NCBI GenBank assembly: GCA_034530875.2
Contig: JAVRCJ020000001.1
Coordinates: forward strand, 1-64,000
Length of the DNA: 64,000 bases
From: Nostoc sp. DedSLP01
GTDB taxonomy: Bacteria; Cyanobacteriota; Cyanobacteriia; Cyanobacteriales; Nostocaceae
Direction: 5' to 3'
The notes beneath the pieces are model-generated. The model was not told where the DNA came from, made no database searches, and was given only the letters and a program-made list of their open reading frames with translations. Made by a program: the position numbers and the translations under genes. This document shows positions 20,161-28,628 of this stretch, one piece after another (position 1 is the stretch's first letter; every line of letters begins with the position of its first letter).

Positions 20161-21313
20161 CGATTGTTTTTTGCAGTTGGGCTTGTAGCGGGCGATCGCT
20201 TTGCAAGACAATACCAGGATGTTGCCAATTGATGACTTCTGGTTCTGCTGGTGAAGAAATATTCTGCCACAATACCCAGCGACTACCTTGAGGCAGGGTA
20301 GAAAGGCTATGGGAGTTTTGAGTCAGCCAAATCAAAGCATGGCTTTTGGGAGCTACTGCGCTGGCATCTTCTAAGGTAGTTGTAGCTGCTAAGGTTTCTA
20401 AAACAAAGCGTTCTCCTTGAATTAAACTTGTAGCTGCTGTCCACAGTTGCACTTGTAATTGCTGTTTTTGTGCATAAAAATACAATGAGGCTGCGGCGAT
20501 TACTGCTTGTTCAAAGTTTTCTTCTTGCCAATTGCTAGCACTGTCAAGGGCAATAACTATTTCTTGTCCGCCAGTCACCATTTCTAACTCCCGCACCCTT
20601 AATTCTCCGTAGCGGGCGCTAGTGCGCCAATGAATTAGACGGGTGGGATCTCCAATGCGGTAAGGACGTAGCGATCGCACTAGCCCAGTTGTGGCTGTCT
20701 GCAAGGGTTTACCAACAGAATCGCTTCTTTTGCTTTCTTCTTGCCCCATTTCATCCACTAGAGGGCAAGTAGCTAAGGGTAATACTGTCGGATAAACAAT
20801 TGCTGTGGCAGCACAATCACGCTGACGACGGCACCAAAATAACCCCAAAGGCGCACCAGAAGCAAGTTCGACTCTGTGCCAGCGATAGATGCCCCGACGC
20901 TCGGTAGGGTGGTAATATACCCAACGGTAGCTGTCTTGACTGGGAATTGTTTCGATCGCCTTTTGTACTGGTTTTCCCAAGACAAAAGGCAGCATATCTT
21001 CGATTTGTAACAAACTTACAGGCTGCTGTGTCTGATTGCAGATTTCTAATTCTACTGTTAGTTCGTTGCCTGCTGACACAGGCTCAATAGGACGGCGGGT
21101 AACGGATAAATTTGTCAGCGATCGCGGCGGTAAGACAGCCGCTACAGCCAAAAGAGCAAAACTAATGCCGCTAATGGCGTACAGCCAGCCAGCCATCGTA
21201 TTGATACCTGCGCCAAAAAAACAAATAGCCGTAGCCACTAGCACCCAACCGCCGTATGCAGGGGCACTGGCGCGGGTTTCTAAAAAGTTGGTGAGGGGTT
21301 TGATGAGTTTCAT
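20147..21313 (-). CDS. DUF58 domain protein (MoxR-associated family)
   Basis: LRPYRIGDPTRLIHWRTSAR, RRGIYRW and APLGLF motifs, N-terminal TMs; likely start MKLIKP at 21313. Confidence 0.88.
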   Translation of the reverse strand: MKLIKPLTNFLETRASAPAYGGWVLVATAICFFGAGINTMAGWLYAISGISFALLAVAAVLPPRSLTNLSVTRRPIEPVSAGNELTVELEICNQTQQPVSLLQIEDMLPFVLGKPVQKAIETIPSQDSYRWVYYHPTERRGIYRWHRVELASGAPLGLFWCRRQRDCAATAIVYPTVLPLATCPLVDEMGQEESKRSDSVGKPLQTATTGLVRSLRPYRIGDPTRLIHWRTSARYGELRVRELEMVTGGQEIVIALDSASNWQEENFEQAVIAAASLYFYAQKQQLQVQLWTAATSLIQGERFVLETLAATTTLEDASAVAPKSHALIWLTQNSHSLSTLPQGSRWVLWQNISSPAEPEVINWQHPGIVLQSDRPLQAQLQKTIGYGA

Positions 21314-21530
21314 AGTTTCTTTTTTAACCCAACACCACCTTAAATTCACAGTCTTTTCAGGTTGGGCGATCGCTATTAGCAAAGATGACAATCTCAGCCC
21401 TCTGACTTGTAAGTGGGGAGTAGGGAGTAGGGAGTAGGGAGTAGGGCAAAGACCACTTTCATACTTGGTGGTGAAACTTGTTTCATCCGGACTGCCTTCT
21501 GCCCCCTGCCCCCTGCCTCCTGCCTTCGTT

Positions 21531-21592
21531 AAACCCCATTCCAAAAACTTTGGACGAAGTACGGTTTTAGACCCGATTTTTCGATAATTTGC
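21531..21592. repeat. Dispersed repeat; inverted copy at 58836-58896
   Basis: 37-bp identical core aatcgggtctaaaaccgtacttcgtccaaagtttttg. Confidence 0.8.
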
Positions 21593-21626
21593 TGCCAATT
21601 TGTAAAGATAATTGCCCAACTGCAAT

Positions 21627-21893
21627 CTATTTTGCCTTTCGTGCTGATTTAGGGGGTGTTCGGTGTGCGCCGAAGTATTTCTCGCTACGGTAGCGCAACC
21701 ACACCCGCAACTGTTGCGGTATTTGTTCTTTTTCTTCTTTGCTGAGTGTGTTGTATAGGGCTAGGGCGCGATTGCGCTCGCCCCGACAGGCAGCATTGTT
21801 GTGAGCATCCCAGTAGCTACGGGCTACCCGAATCCGACGACAAACTTCTTTAATTAGTGCTTCTCCCTCGAGTGGAGCCTCTTGCTTTGCCAT
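21627..21893 (-). CDS. Conserved cyanobacterial hypothetical protein (basic, 88 aa)
   Basis: Clean ORF; EVCRRIRVARSYWDAHNNAACRGER recognised as a conserved cyanobacterial small protein. Confidence 0.75.
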   Translation of the reverse strand: MAKQEAPLEGEALIKEVCRRIRVARSYWDAHNNAACRGERNRALALYNTLSKEEKEQIPQQLRVWLRYRSEKYFGAHRTPPKSARKAK

Positions 21894-21940
21894 ACTCAGA
21901 TGCTATAAGTTTCTAATGCCATCGTAGCGAATCATTACTA

Positions 21941-22068
21941 TACGAATCTGGTTTGATTTGTGAATTTACTTGCGTAGACAGGGAGTAGGGAGTGGGGAGT
22001 GGGGAGTAGGAAAGAAGCCTTGTTTGGGTGTACTGATTTTTTTCACCAATTCAAATATGAGTCCTATA
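21941..22068. mobile_element. MITE with internal STRR; same family as 51525-51637
   Basis: aatctggtttgatt...tcaaatatgagtcctata matches the reverse complement of the 51.5 kb element. Confidence 0.7.
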
Positions 22069-22172
22069 TGTAGCTTGCGATCGAGTTATCTTTACACAGT
22101 TTGGTTTTTTCACCTAGCTCTACTTTGGGTAGTAAAATAAACCAAAATCTAAAATTTAAAGTCCAAAATTGA

Positions 22173-22955
22173 ATGCCAAATCAACGCTTCTACCACATTG
22201 GCTTCGGACAAGATGATTTAGGTTCATCGCCTCTGGACATAGCCCTATTATCTGGCGACCCAGAGCGATCGCGTTTCATTGCTCAAACTTATTTACAAGA
22301 TGTACGCTTGTTGTCCGAAAATCGCGGACTTAATAGTTATTTGGGATTTTTACCCAATGGTCGCAGTATCTTATCAGCTACTAGTGGTATGGGTGCGCCT
22401 TCATTAAGTATTGTTGTTAACGAGTTAGTACAGGTAGGAATTCGGCAAATTATTCGCATTGGAACTTGTGGTTCCATTCAACCCCATATCAGCGTTGGTA
22501 GCGTTGTGATTAGCAGTGCAGCCTTATGTCGCCAAGGTGCAGCAAATGACATTGCACCTGTGGAATATCCAGCCGCAGCCGATCCTTTTCTCACTGTCGC
22601 CTTAGTTCAAGCCGCACGAGAATTAAAAGTTGAACATTACTTAGGAATTACGGCATCAGTTGACACTTTTTATGAAGGACAAGAACGCACTGATTCGGCA
22701 AATCCAAACTTAATGCGATCGCTGCGTGGAATTACAGAAGAATATCGGCAGTTAAATATCTTGAATTATGAGATGGAATCCGGCACGCTATTTAAAATGG
22801 CAGGAGTCTATAATTTTGCTGCCGCAGCTATTTGCGGTGTAGTTGCTCGGCGTACTGTGAGTGAAAATATCAATTTAGAACAAAAAGATATTGCCATTAA
22901 AAATGCGATCGCCACTGCTGTACGCGCAGTTGGAATATTTAAGTCAGGTAATTAG
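22173..22955 (+). CDS. udp: Uridine/nucleoside phosphorylase
   Basis: SGDPER, SGMGAPS, IRIGTCG, FYEGQER and NYEME motifs. Confidence 0.85.
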   Translation: MPNQRFYHIGFGQDDLGSSPLDIALLSGDPERSRFIAQTYLQDVRLLSENRGLNSYLGFLPNGRSILSATSGMGAPSLSIVVNELVQVGIRQIIRIGTCGSIQPHISVGSVVISSAALCRQGAANDIAPVEYPAAADPFLTVALVQAARELKVEHYLGITASVDTFYEGQERTDSANPNLMRSLRGITEEYRQLNILNYEMESGTLFKMAGVYNFAAAAICGVVARRTVSENINLEQKDIAIKNAIATAVRAVGIFKSGN

Positions 22956-23102
22956 GATTTAGTTAAACCTTCTACTCTCAGTAGTTTTATCGTGTCTTTA
23001 CCTAATCTTTAATTTTTTGCTCGGTAATTTTAGCTAATATAATTTTAAATAATAAAAATATAAATATTAATAAATGCCGACAAAATGGAGAATTAAAATA
23101 AT

Positions 23103-23678
23103 ATGAATAAACTTTTAAAGTATGGGATTAAAACTATTAATTTAACTGCGATTGCACTCATGCCAGCGTTGGGGTTTTTAGTATTATCTAATCGAGCATC
23201 TATTGGAGATCCGGGAGGGTGTTTTATGGTAACTTCCTCTGGGGAAACCGTTGAATTATCAAGGATTTGTGCTACTACAACCGCTACAACCTCAGATGTA
23301 CCTTCAGAAGATAAAGTTTTTCGAGTTCCTATCAAACGCCGCTATGGTGGAACTCCTATAGTTGAGGTGACTTTTAACAATAAAAAAACCTTTGAGATGA
23401 TTGTAGATACAGGTGCTAGTGCGACTGTAATTACAAGAAATATGGCCAATAGCCTGCAACTCAAAACTACAGGAATTATGGAAGCCCAAATTGCTGATGG
23501 TAGCGAAGTTCGGCTTGCAACTAGTAAGGTGAAATCGATTACAGTCGGTGAAGTTGTAGCGAATAATCTTCAAGTAGCGATCGCTCCACAAGCCGACATC
23601 GGGCTGCTAGGTCACGATTTTTTTGGTAAATACGATATCAAGATTTTAGAGAAAGAAGTAGAATTTTATCATCGTTAG
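23103..23678 (+). CDS. Retropepsin-like aspartyl protease with N-terminal signal/anchor
   Basis: MIVDTGAS catalytic motif and GLLGHDF. Confidence 0.88.
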   Translation: MNKLLKYGIKTINLTAIALMPALGFLVLSNRASIGDPGGCFMVTSSGETVELSRICATTTATTSDVPSEDKVFRVPIKRRYGGTPIVEVTFNNKKTFEMIVDTGASATVITRNMANSLQLKTTGIMEAQIADGSEVRLATSKVKSITVGEVVANNLQVAIAPQADIGLLGHDFFGKYDIKILEKEVEFYHR

Positions 23679-23712
23679 TTGAACTTTTAGGGGCTTTCTA
23701 GTTTCATGCATA

Positions 23713-24009
23713 ATGTTTTTATGCACTGCCTCCTGCCCTTTGACCTTTGGGGGTCAAGTCTGGACACCCCAATTCGTGGAAGAAATTAACCAAGATAAAT
23801 GTATTGGCTGTGGTCGATGCTTTAAGGCTTGCGGTAGAAATGTGCTAGTAGTACGAGCATTGAATGAAGATGGTGAGTTTGTGGATGACGAGGAAAATGA
23901 AGAAATCGAGCGTAAAGTGATGTCCATCGTTCATCCAGAGTATTGTATTGGCTGTCAAGCTTGCGCTAGGACTTGTCCGAAAAATTGTTACACCCATAGT
24001 CCACTGTAA
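23713..24009 (+). CDS. fdxB: Ferredoxin III, nif-specific type; N-terminus atypical
   Basis: [23 protein letters not shown], acidic insert and [12 protein letters not shown]; start uncertain. Confidence 0.8.
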   Translation: MFLCTASCPLTFGGQVWTPQFVEEINQDKCIGCGRCFKACGRNVLVVRALNEDGEFVDDEENEEIERKVMSIVHPEYCIGCQACARTCPKNCYTHSPL

Positions 24010-24079
24010 CTAAGTTAATGTAGTTTGTAGGCAGCTTGACAAGCACAAAATCATAGAGGAAACCTATAAAATTAACGTT

Positions 24080-25453
24080 TTACACGCGGTTTTCTAGCTG
24101 AGTCAAAGGGATGACTTTCTGTTCGTCCACGTAAGGACTGTTATTGTTAGTTAAAGTTTCTGTAAAAGCTTCTCGACCTGTAATCAATCTAGAGCGACGG
24201 TTACGAGTGATATAGTTCCAAGCCCACTGAAAGACTACTAACAATTTAGTGTCAAACTCGATTAAGAAGTAGATGTGAACTACTAGCCAAAATACCCAAG
24301 CAAGGAAACCTGTGAGTTTGATGAAGCCTAAATCTACAACAGCTAAGTTTTGCCCAATCATTGCCAAACTACCCACATTGTTGTAATGAAATTGTGGTAA
24401 AGTCTGACCTTTAAGCCGTTTTTGAATGAGTCTAGCTACATACTCTCCTTGTTGTTTGGCTACGGGTGCAACACCAGGTAAGGCTTTAAGATCTTGATGG
24501 GAGAAGTTGGCTAAATCTCCAATTACAAAAATGTTTTTATAACCCCTGATAGTCAAGTCGGGTTCTACAATCACACGTCCGGCGTGGTCGCATTCTACAT
24601 CGGTACGTTCTGCTAGAATTTGCCCCATTGCGGAACCTTTTACACCCGCTGCCCACAATATAGTTTGCGAGCCAATTTCTTTAATTTCACCGCCTTGCTT
24701 GAAAGTAACGATGTGATTTTCAATATTTGTCACCCTGGTGTTGGTGTGAATAGCCACACCCAATTTCTGTAAAGATTCTGCTGCTTCTTGGGATAAATCT
24801 GGCGCCATGTGTGGGAGGATGCGATCGCTCCCTTGCAAGAGTAAAATCTTTGTTTCTGAGGTGTCGATGTTGCGGAAATCTTCTTTGAGGGTTTTGTATG
24901 CCAACTCGGCGATCGCACCTGCTAATTCTACACCGGTAGCGCCACCGCCCACAATCACAAAAGTCAACCAAGCACGGCGTTTTTCAGGATCGGTTTCTTT
25001 TTCTGCTGCTTCAAATGCACCAAATATCCGGCGGCGCATTTCTATCGCATCTTCAACAGTTTTCAAGCCAGGAGCATAGTCTTTCCAATGATCCTTACCA
25101 AAATAGGAATGGTTAGCACCTGTGGCCACAATTAATGTATCGTAAGGTACTACTCTATCCCCCATCATTACTTGTTGTGCTTTGGGATCGATATCATTTA
25201 CTTCTCCTAGCAACACCTGTGTATTCTTACTTTTGCTGAATACAGCTCGCAATGGTGAGGAAATGTCACCTGGTGATAGAGTACCTGTCGCAACTTGATA
25301 TAAAAGCGGCTGAAATAGGTGGAAGTTACGTTTATCGATCAGAGTAACATTTACATTCGCATTAGCAAGATGTTTTGCTGTATATAGTCCACCAAAGCCA
25401 CCACCAACGATTACAACCTGATGAGGTGCGTTATTCTCAAGTGCAACGGCCAT
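24080..25453 (-). CDS. Type II NADH dehydrogenase (NDH-2)
   Basis: VVIVGGGFGG, HLFQPLLYQVATG, VIVGGGATGVELAG, WAAGV and IGD motifs. Confidence 0.92.
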   Translation of the reverse strand: MAVALENNAPHQVVIVGGGFGGLYTAKHLANANVNVTLIDKRNFHLFQPLLYQVATGTLSPGDISSPLRAVFSKSKNTQVLLGEVNDIDPKAQQVMMGDRVVPYDTLIVATGANHSYFGKDHWKDYAPGLKTVEDAIEMRRRIFGAFEAAEKETDPEKRRAWLTFVIVGGGATGVELAGAIAELAYKTLKEDFRNIDTSETKILLLQGSDRILPHMAPDLSQEAAESLQKLGVAIHTNTRVTNIENHIVTFKQGGEIKEIGSQTILWAAGVKGSAMGQILAERTDVECDHAGRVIVEPDLTIRGYKNIFVIGDLANFSHQDLKALPGVAPVAKQQGEYVARLIQKRLKGQTLPQFHYNNVGSLAMIGQNLAVVDLGFIKLTGFLAWVFWLVVHIYFLIEFDTKLLVVFQWAWNYITRNRRSRLITGREAFTETLTNNNSPYVDEQKVIPLTQLENRV

Positions 25454-25767
25454 AATCAATATTTCCTTGTGTTAAGACATTTGTAACTTTTCTTAACAAA
25501 TTTGTAACAGTATTATGATAAAAGTTGCCGCTTATTTGGAACAATTTAAAAAATCATAAAAGTAGCGAAAGTTAACTTTAGTTCGACAACTTTATGCAGG
25601 TACAACAAAGCTGAGACTTCTGTAAAAACAAAAAATCAAGAGTGTCTCAGCTATATTCGTAATTGTATCTGGCTGTCTGTGGAATAAAAGTACACGATAG
25701 TACAGCGAGCGTGAAAAGAAATATACTATTTGAAATGCCTAAAACTCTTAGGTAACAGTAGGCTATA

Positions 25768-27069
25768 TTAGCCAAAACTTTGAATAACGTACATATCATT
25801 TCCTGTATCGCCGACTAAAAACAAGCTACTGTCATCGCTTTCGATGTTTTTACTATTATTAATACCTTTTTGTAGAACTTGAATTAGTCTTTGGGGGGTG
25901 AAAGATTCCAATTCTACAAACTTTCCTGATTCTAAAAATTCTATTTCCTCAGAAGAGAAATCTTGACGGATTTCTGTAGTTAATCTTTTAGCTAATTGTG
26001 CCGATTCGGGAGAGGATTGAATGAACATTGTACCCTTAGCAGCAATAATTTGACGCGGTGTTAGCCCGATATCGATAATTATAATATTGCTATCTTGAAA
26101 CCATTTAGGGCTTGTGCGTAGATGGTGAATTAAACCAATTCCCTGAGGGCTGCAATCATGGAAAGCATAGACTTGCAAATCGGGATTGCGACGTAGCATT
26201 TGCATCATAGTTTCAAAAATCCCTTGAGGATAACCATTGATGCTCAAAATTGCACAGTTATTTTCAAAATGGAAATTATTAGCGATTAATAGTTGAGCGA
26301 TTGTAGCGCGATCGCAAACCACTAATCTATCAAAACTGTAAGCAGTAACATCAGGATTAAACGTCTTCAGTGTATTGTCTTCCCGCGGGGGAGGAAGAAT
26401 TTTGGCGATTAAACCATTAATTTGTAGCCAGCGATTTACCCAATTTTCAAACTCACTTGGAGAAAATAAAAATTCCTGGGTTGGTAGCCCTGGTTTTTGT
26501 AAGTATTGAGTTCCCAAGTATATCGATACCATTCCCATTAGAACGCTTAAAGTAAACGCATAAAAGGAATTTATCATCATTATACTCGTATAAATTCCTC
26601 CACCAAGAATGATGATGCCAATAAATTGTAAAAGTCTGGCATTAGCTCTACGAGTTTTGGGGCTAAGTTTCCTAGAATCGTTAGCCTGAAAAACTCTAAA
26701 AATATAAAAAGAGTTAAAAATTAACAGAGCTAAGGTAATAATCTCTTGATTCCCATTAGTAAAACTAGCCGAACCAAAAGCTATTACCAAGCTCCAAAAT
26801 AAATATACAAATAATAAACCGAATACTGAAGAAAATGACTTTTTCCCCAGACGCAGATTTAAAAAATAAAATAGTTGTTTAGGTGTAAAGAATATTGTGT
26901 TATTAGCAGAGATATCAGATAAAACCTTGGCAAACATCGGGTCAGTAATTTTTAGCTGACCCATACTTGTTGGTTCAAAAGCAAAAGGATGATTGCATTT
27001 TATACACCGACCTTGATTAGCTGTCCGGTCTTTTAATTTATTATCAGTTCCGCATTTAATACACTTCAT
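25768..27069 (-). CDS. Hypothetical membrane protein: N-terminal Zn-ribbon, about 4 TM helices, C-terminal degenerate TOPRIM-like domain
   Basis: CIKC...CIKC; hydrophobic helices; LVVCD..., CAILSINGYP, VYAFHDCSPQG and VELES motifs. Confidence 0.75.
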   Translation of the reverse strand: MKCIKCGTDNKLKDRTANQGRCIKCNHPFAFEPTSMGQLKITDPMFAKVLSDISANNTIFFTPKQLFYFLNLRLGKKSFSSVFGLLFVYLFWSLVIAFGSASFTNGNQEIITLALLIFNSFYIFRVFQANDSRKLSPKTRRANARLLQFIGIIILGGGIYTSIMMINSFYAFTLSVLMGMVSIYLGTQYLQKPGLPTQEFLFSPSEFENWVNRWLQINGLIAKILPPPREDNTLKTFNPDVTAYSFDRLVVCDRATIAQLLIANNFHFENNCAILSINGYPQGIFETMMQMLRRNPDLQVYAFHDCSPQGIGLIHHLRTSPKWFQDSNIIIIDIGLTPRQIIAAKGTMFIQSSPESAQLAKRLTTEIRQDFSSEEIEFLESGKFVELESFTPQRLIQVLQKGINNSKNIESDDSSLFLVGDTGNDMYVIQSFG

Positions 27070-27096
27070 AATTTTTCTTGAATATTAAGTGAAATT

Positions 27097-28578
27097 TTAG
27101 TTATCCAATACCTGATTCGCCAGCAGAACATTGTAGTTTTCCCGCTGGCGAATCAGGCGATGTCTGCCATTTTCTAACAAGACTTCCGCAGGTTTAGGAC
27201 GGTGTAAAAAGTGGGATGACATAGCATAGCCATAAGCACCCACATCTAAAATCGCAATAATATCGCCAATTTCTAATGCTGGGAGTTGGCAATTTTTCCC
27301 TAAATAATCTCTGGAGTAAGTTGTGTTACCACAAACATCAGTTGTAAATAGGGAGTGGGGAGTGGGGAGTGGGGAGGTGTGGGAAGTGTGGGAGGTGTGG
27401 GAGGTGTGGGAGGTGTGGGAGGTGTGGGAGGTGTGGGAGGTGTGGGAGGTGTGGGAGGTGTGGGAGGTGTGGGAGGTGTGGGAGGTGTGGGAGGATGGAG
27501 AAGAAATTTTTCCCCCCTCACTCCCCACACTTCCCCCTGTCCCCTTGTCCCCCTGTCCCCTTCCCCAAGTGATGATTTCTCGGTAGCCGCCGTGGACTGA
27601 AGGTACTGAAAGATTGGCGACGGTGGTATCAACTCCGAGAATTTGTTTGTCTTGTTGCCATTTTACAGAAACAACTTGAGCAAGCATTGTTGCACATCCA
27701 GCGATCGCAGCTCGTCCCGGTTCAATCACTAAATCAATTTTCCTTCCTAAACGCTCAATTCTCTGGCTCAACTCAGCGCCAAATATTTCCCAGTCAAAAG
27801 CTGCTTTATTGTGATGATAGGGATAACCGAAGCCACCACCAAAATCTAAATATTCCCAATCTGGTAACAGTTGTGCTGTGGCGATTACCGTGTCAATTAC
27901 CTCGGTGAAAGCTGCTGTAGCGTTGGTTCCCGTCCCCCGATAAAAATGTAAACCACTCAACTTCAGCCCAGCCTCACCAGTCAAAGCGATCGCCTCATCA
28001 AATTCCTCAGGACGCACGCCAATGCGACTATCTCCTGTAATTTCCGGCAAATTCAAGCGTAAACCTAACCTAATCTCTTTCTCTTTGCGCCTCTGTCTTG
28101 AAAAGTTCAGATCGCCGGAAACCGGCGCTCCGACTTTTCGCTGCGTCTCTGCGTGCAAAAAAATTTCGCAGCATAACCGTAACTGATCCAAACTATCTAA
28201 ATTGAGAGTTGTGACTCCCCAATTTAGAACCTGTATCATCTCTGCACGGTTTAAATTGCTACCACTATAAACAATCTCACTGCCATCGAAACCCGCTTGC
28301 AATCCCAGATAAATATCTCCTGGCGTATTGGCGTGGAGTCCCCAGCCAGCCGAGCGAAAAATTTTTAACAGCGCAATGTTACCATTAGTGACGCTGGCAA
28401 AGTGAAAGTGCGTCCGGGGATAACTCACAGCCTGAGTAATATACTCGATAGTTTCGCGTAAGCGATCGCCATCATAAACATAAAGCGGAGAACCGTAAGT
28501 ACTGACTAACTCCTGCGCCTGTTCCCAAGCAAACGGCGGACTAAGAGAAGTTTGAAAGTTATCAAATTTGTGACCCAT
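27097..28578 (-). CDS. Diaminopimelate-decarboxylase-fold (group IV PLP) protein with atypical active site and two repeat insertions
   Basis: YGSPLYVYD, LDFGGGFG, IEPGR and GAYGYAMSS motifs; the YAVKAN motif is replaced by FASVTN. Confidence 0.85.
   Translation of the reverse strand: MGHKFDNFQTSLSPPFAWEQAQELVSTYGSPLYVYDGDRLRETIEYITQAVSYPRTHFHFASVTNGNIALLKIFRSAGWGLHANTPGDIYLGLQAGFDGSEIVYSGSNLNRAEMIQVLNWGVTTLNLDSLDQLRLCCEIFLHAETQRKVGAPVSGDLNFSRQRRKEKEIRLGLRLNLPEITGDSRIGVRPEEFDEAIALTGEAGLKLSGLHFYRGTGTNATAAFTEVIDTVIATAQLLPDWEYLDFGGGFGYPYHHNKAAFDWEIFGAELSQRIERLGRKIDLVIEPGRAAIAGCATMLAQVVSVKWQQDKQILGVDTTVANLSVPSVHGGYREIITWGRGQGDKGTGGSVGSEGGKISSPSSHTSHTSHTSHTSHTSHTSHTSHTSHTSHTSHTSHTSHTSPLPTPHSLFTTDVCGNTTYSRDYLGKNCQLPALEIGDIIAILDVGAYGYAMSSHFLHRPKPAEVLLENGRHRLIRQRENYNVLLANQVLDN
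27350..27566. repeat. In-frame STRR insertion with 13 x 9-bp GGGAGGTGT, encoding (SHT)13
   Basis: Tandem 9-mers at 27372-27488 flanked by ggggagt and ccccttgt/cccctgt units. Confidence 0.92.
28103..28159. repeat. Small dispersed repeat inserted in-frame in the decarboxylase-like gene
   Basis: Inverted copy of 9665-9721; encodes part of HAETQRKVGAPVSGDLNF. Confidence 0.85.
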
Positions 28579-28628
28579 AATTAAAACTCGGTTCCTCCGT
28601 CTATAAATTACGAATCACGAATTACGAA

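Noticed and set aside
21314..21625. N-terminal extension of the DUF58 ORF to 492 aa
   Set aside because: Runs through STRR and dispersed-repeat DNA from a TTG; the protein-like sequence begins at ATG 21313
27372..27488. Regular repeat array as a possible CRISPR
   Set aside because: Tandem 9-bp units without unique spacers and no cas genes in the window; it is an STRR
27300..27632. Alternative-frame ORFs with (PPT)n, (WEV)n, (GGV)n and (CGR)n repeats
   Set aside because: Artefacts of a stop-free 9-bp repeat inside the decarboxylase-like gene
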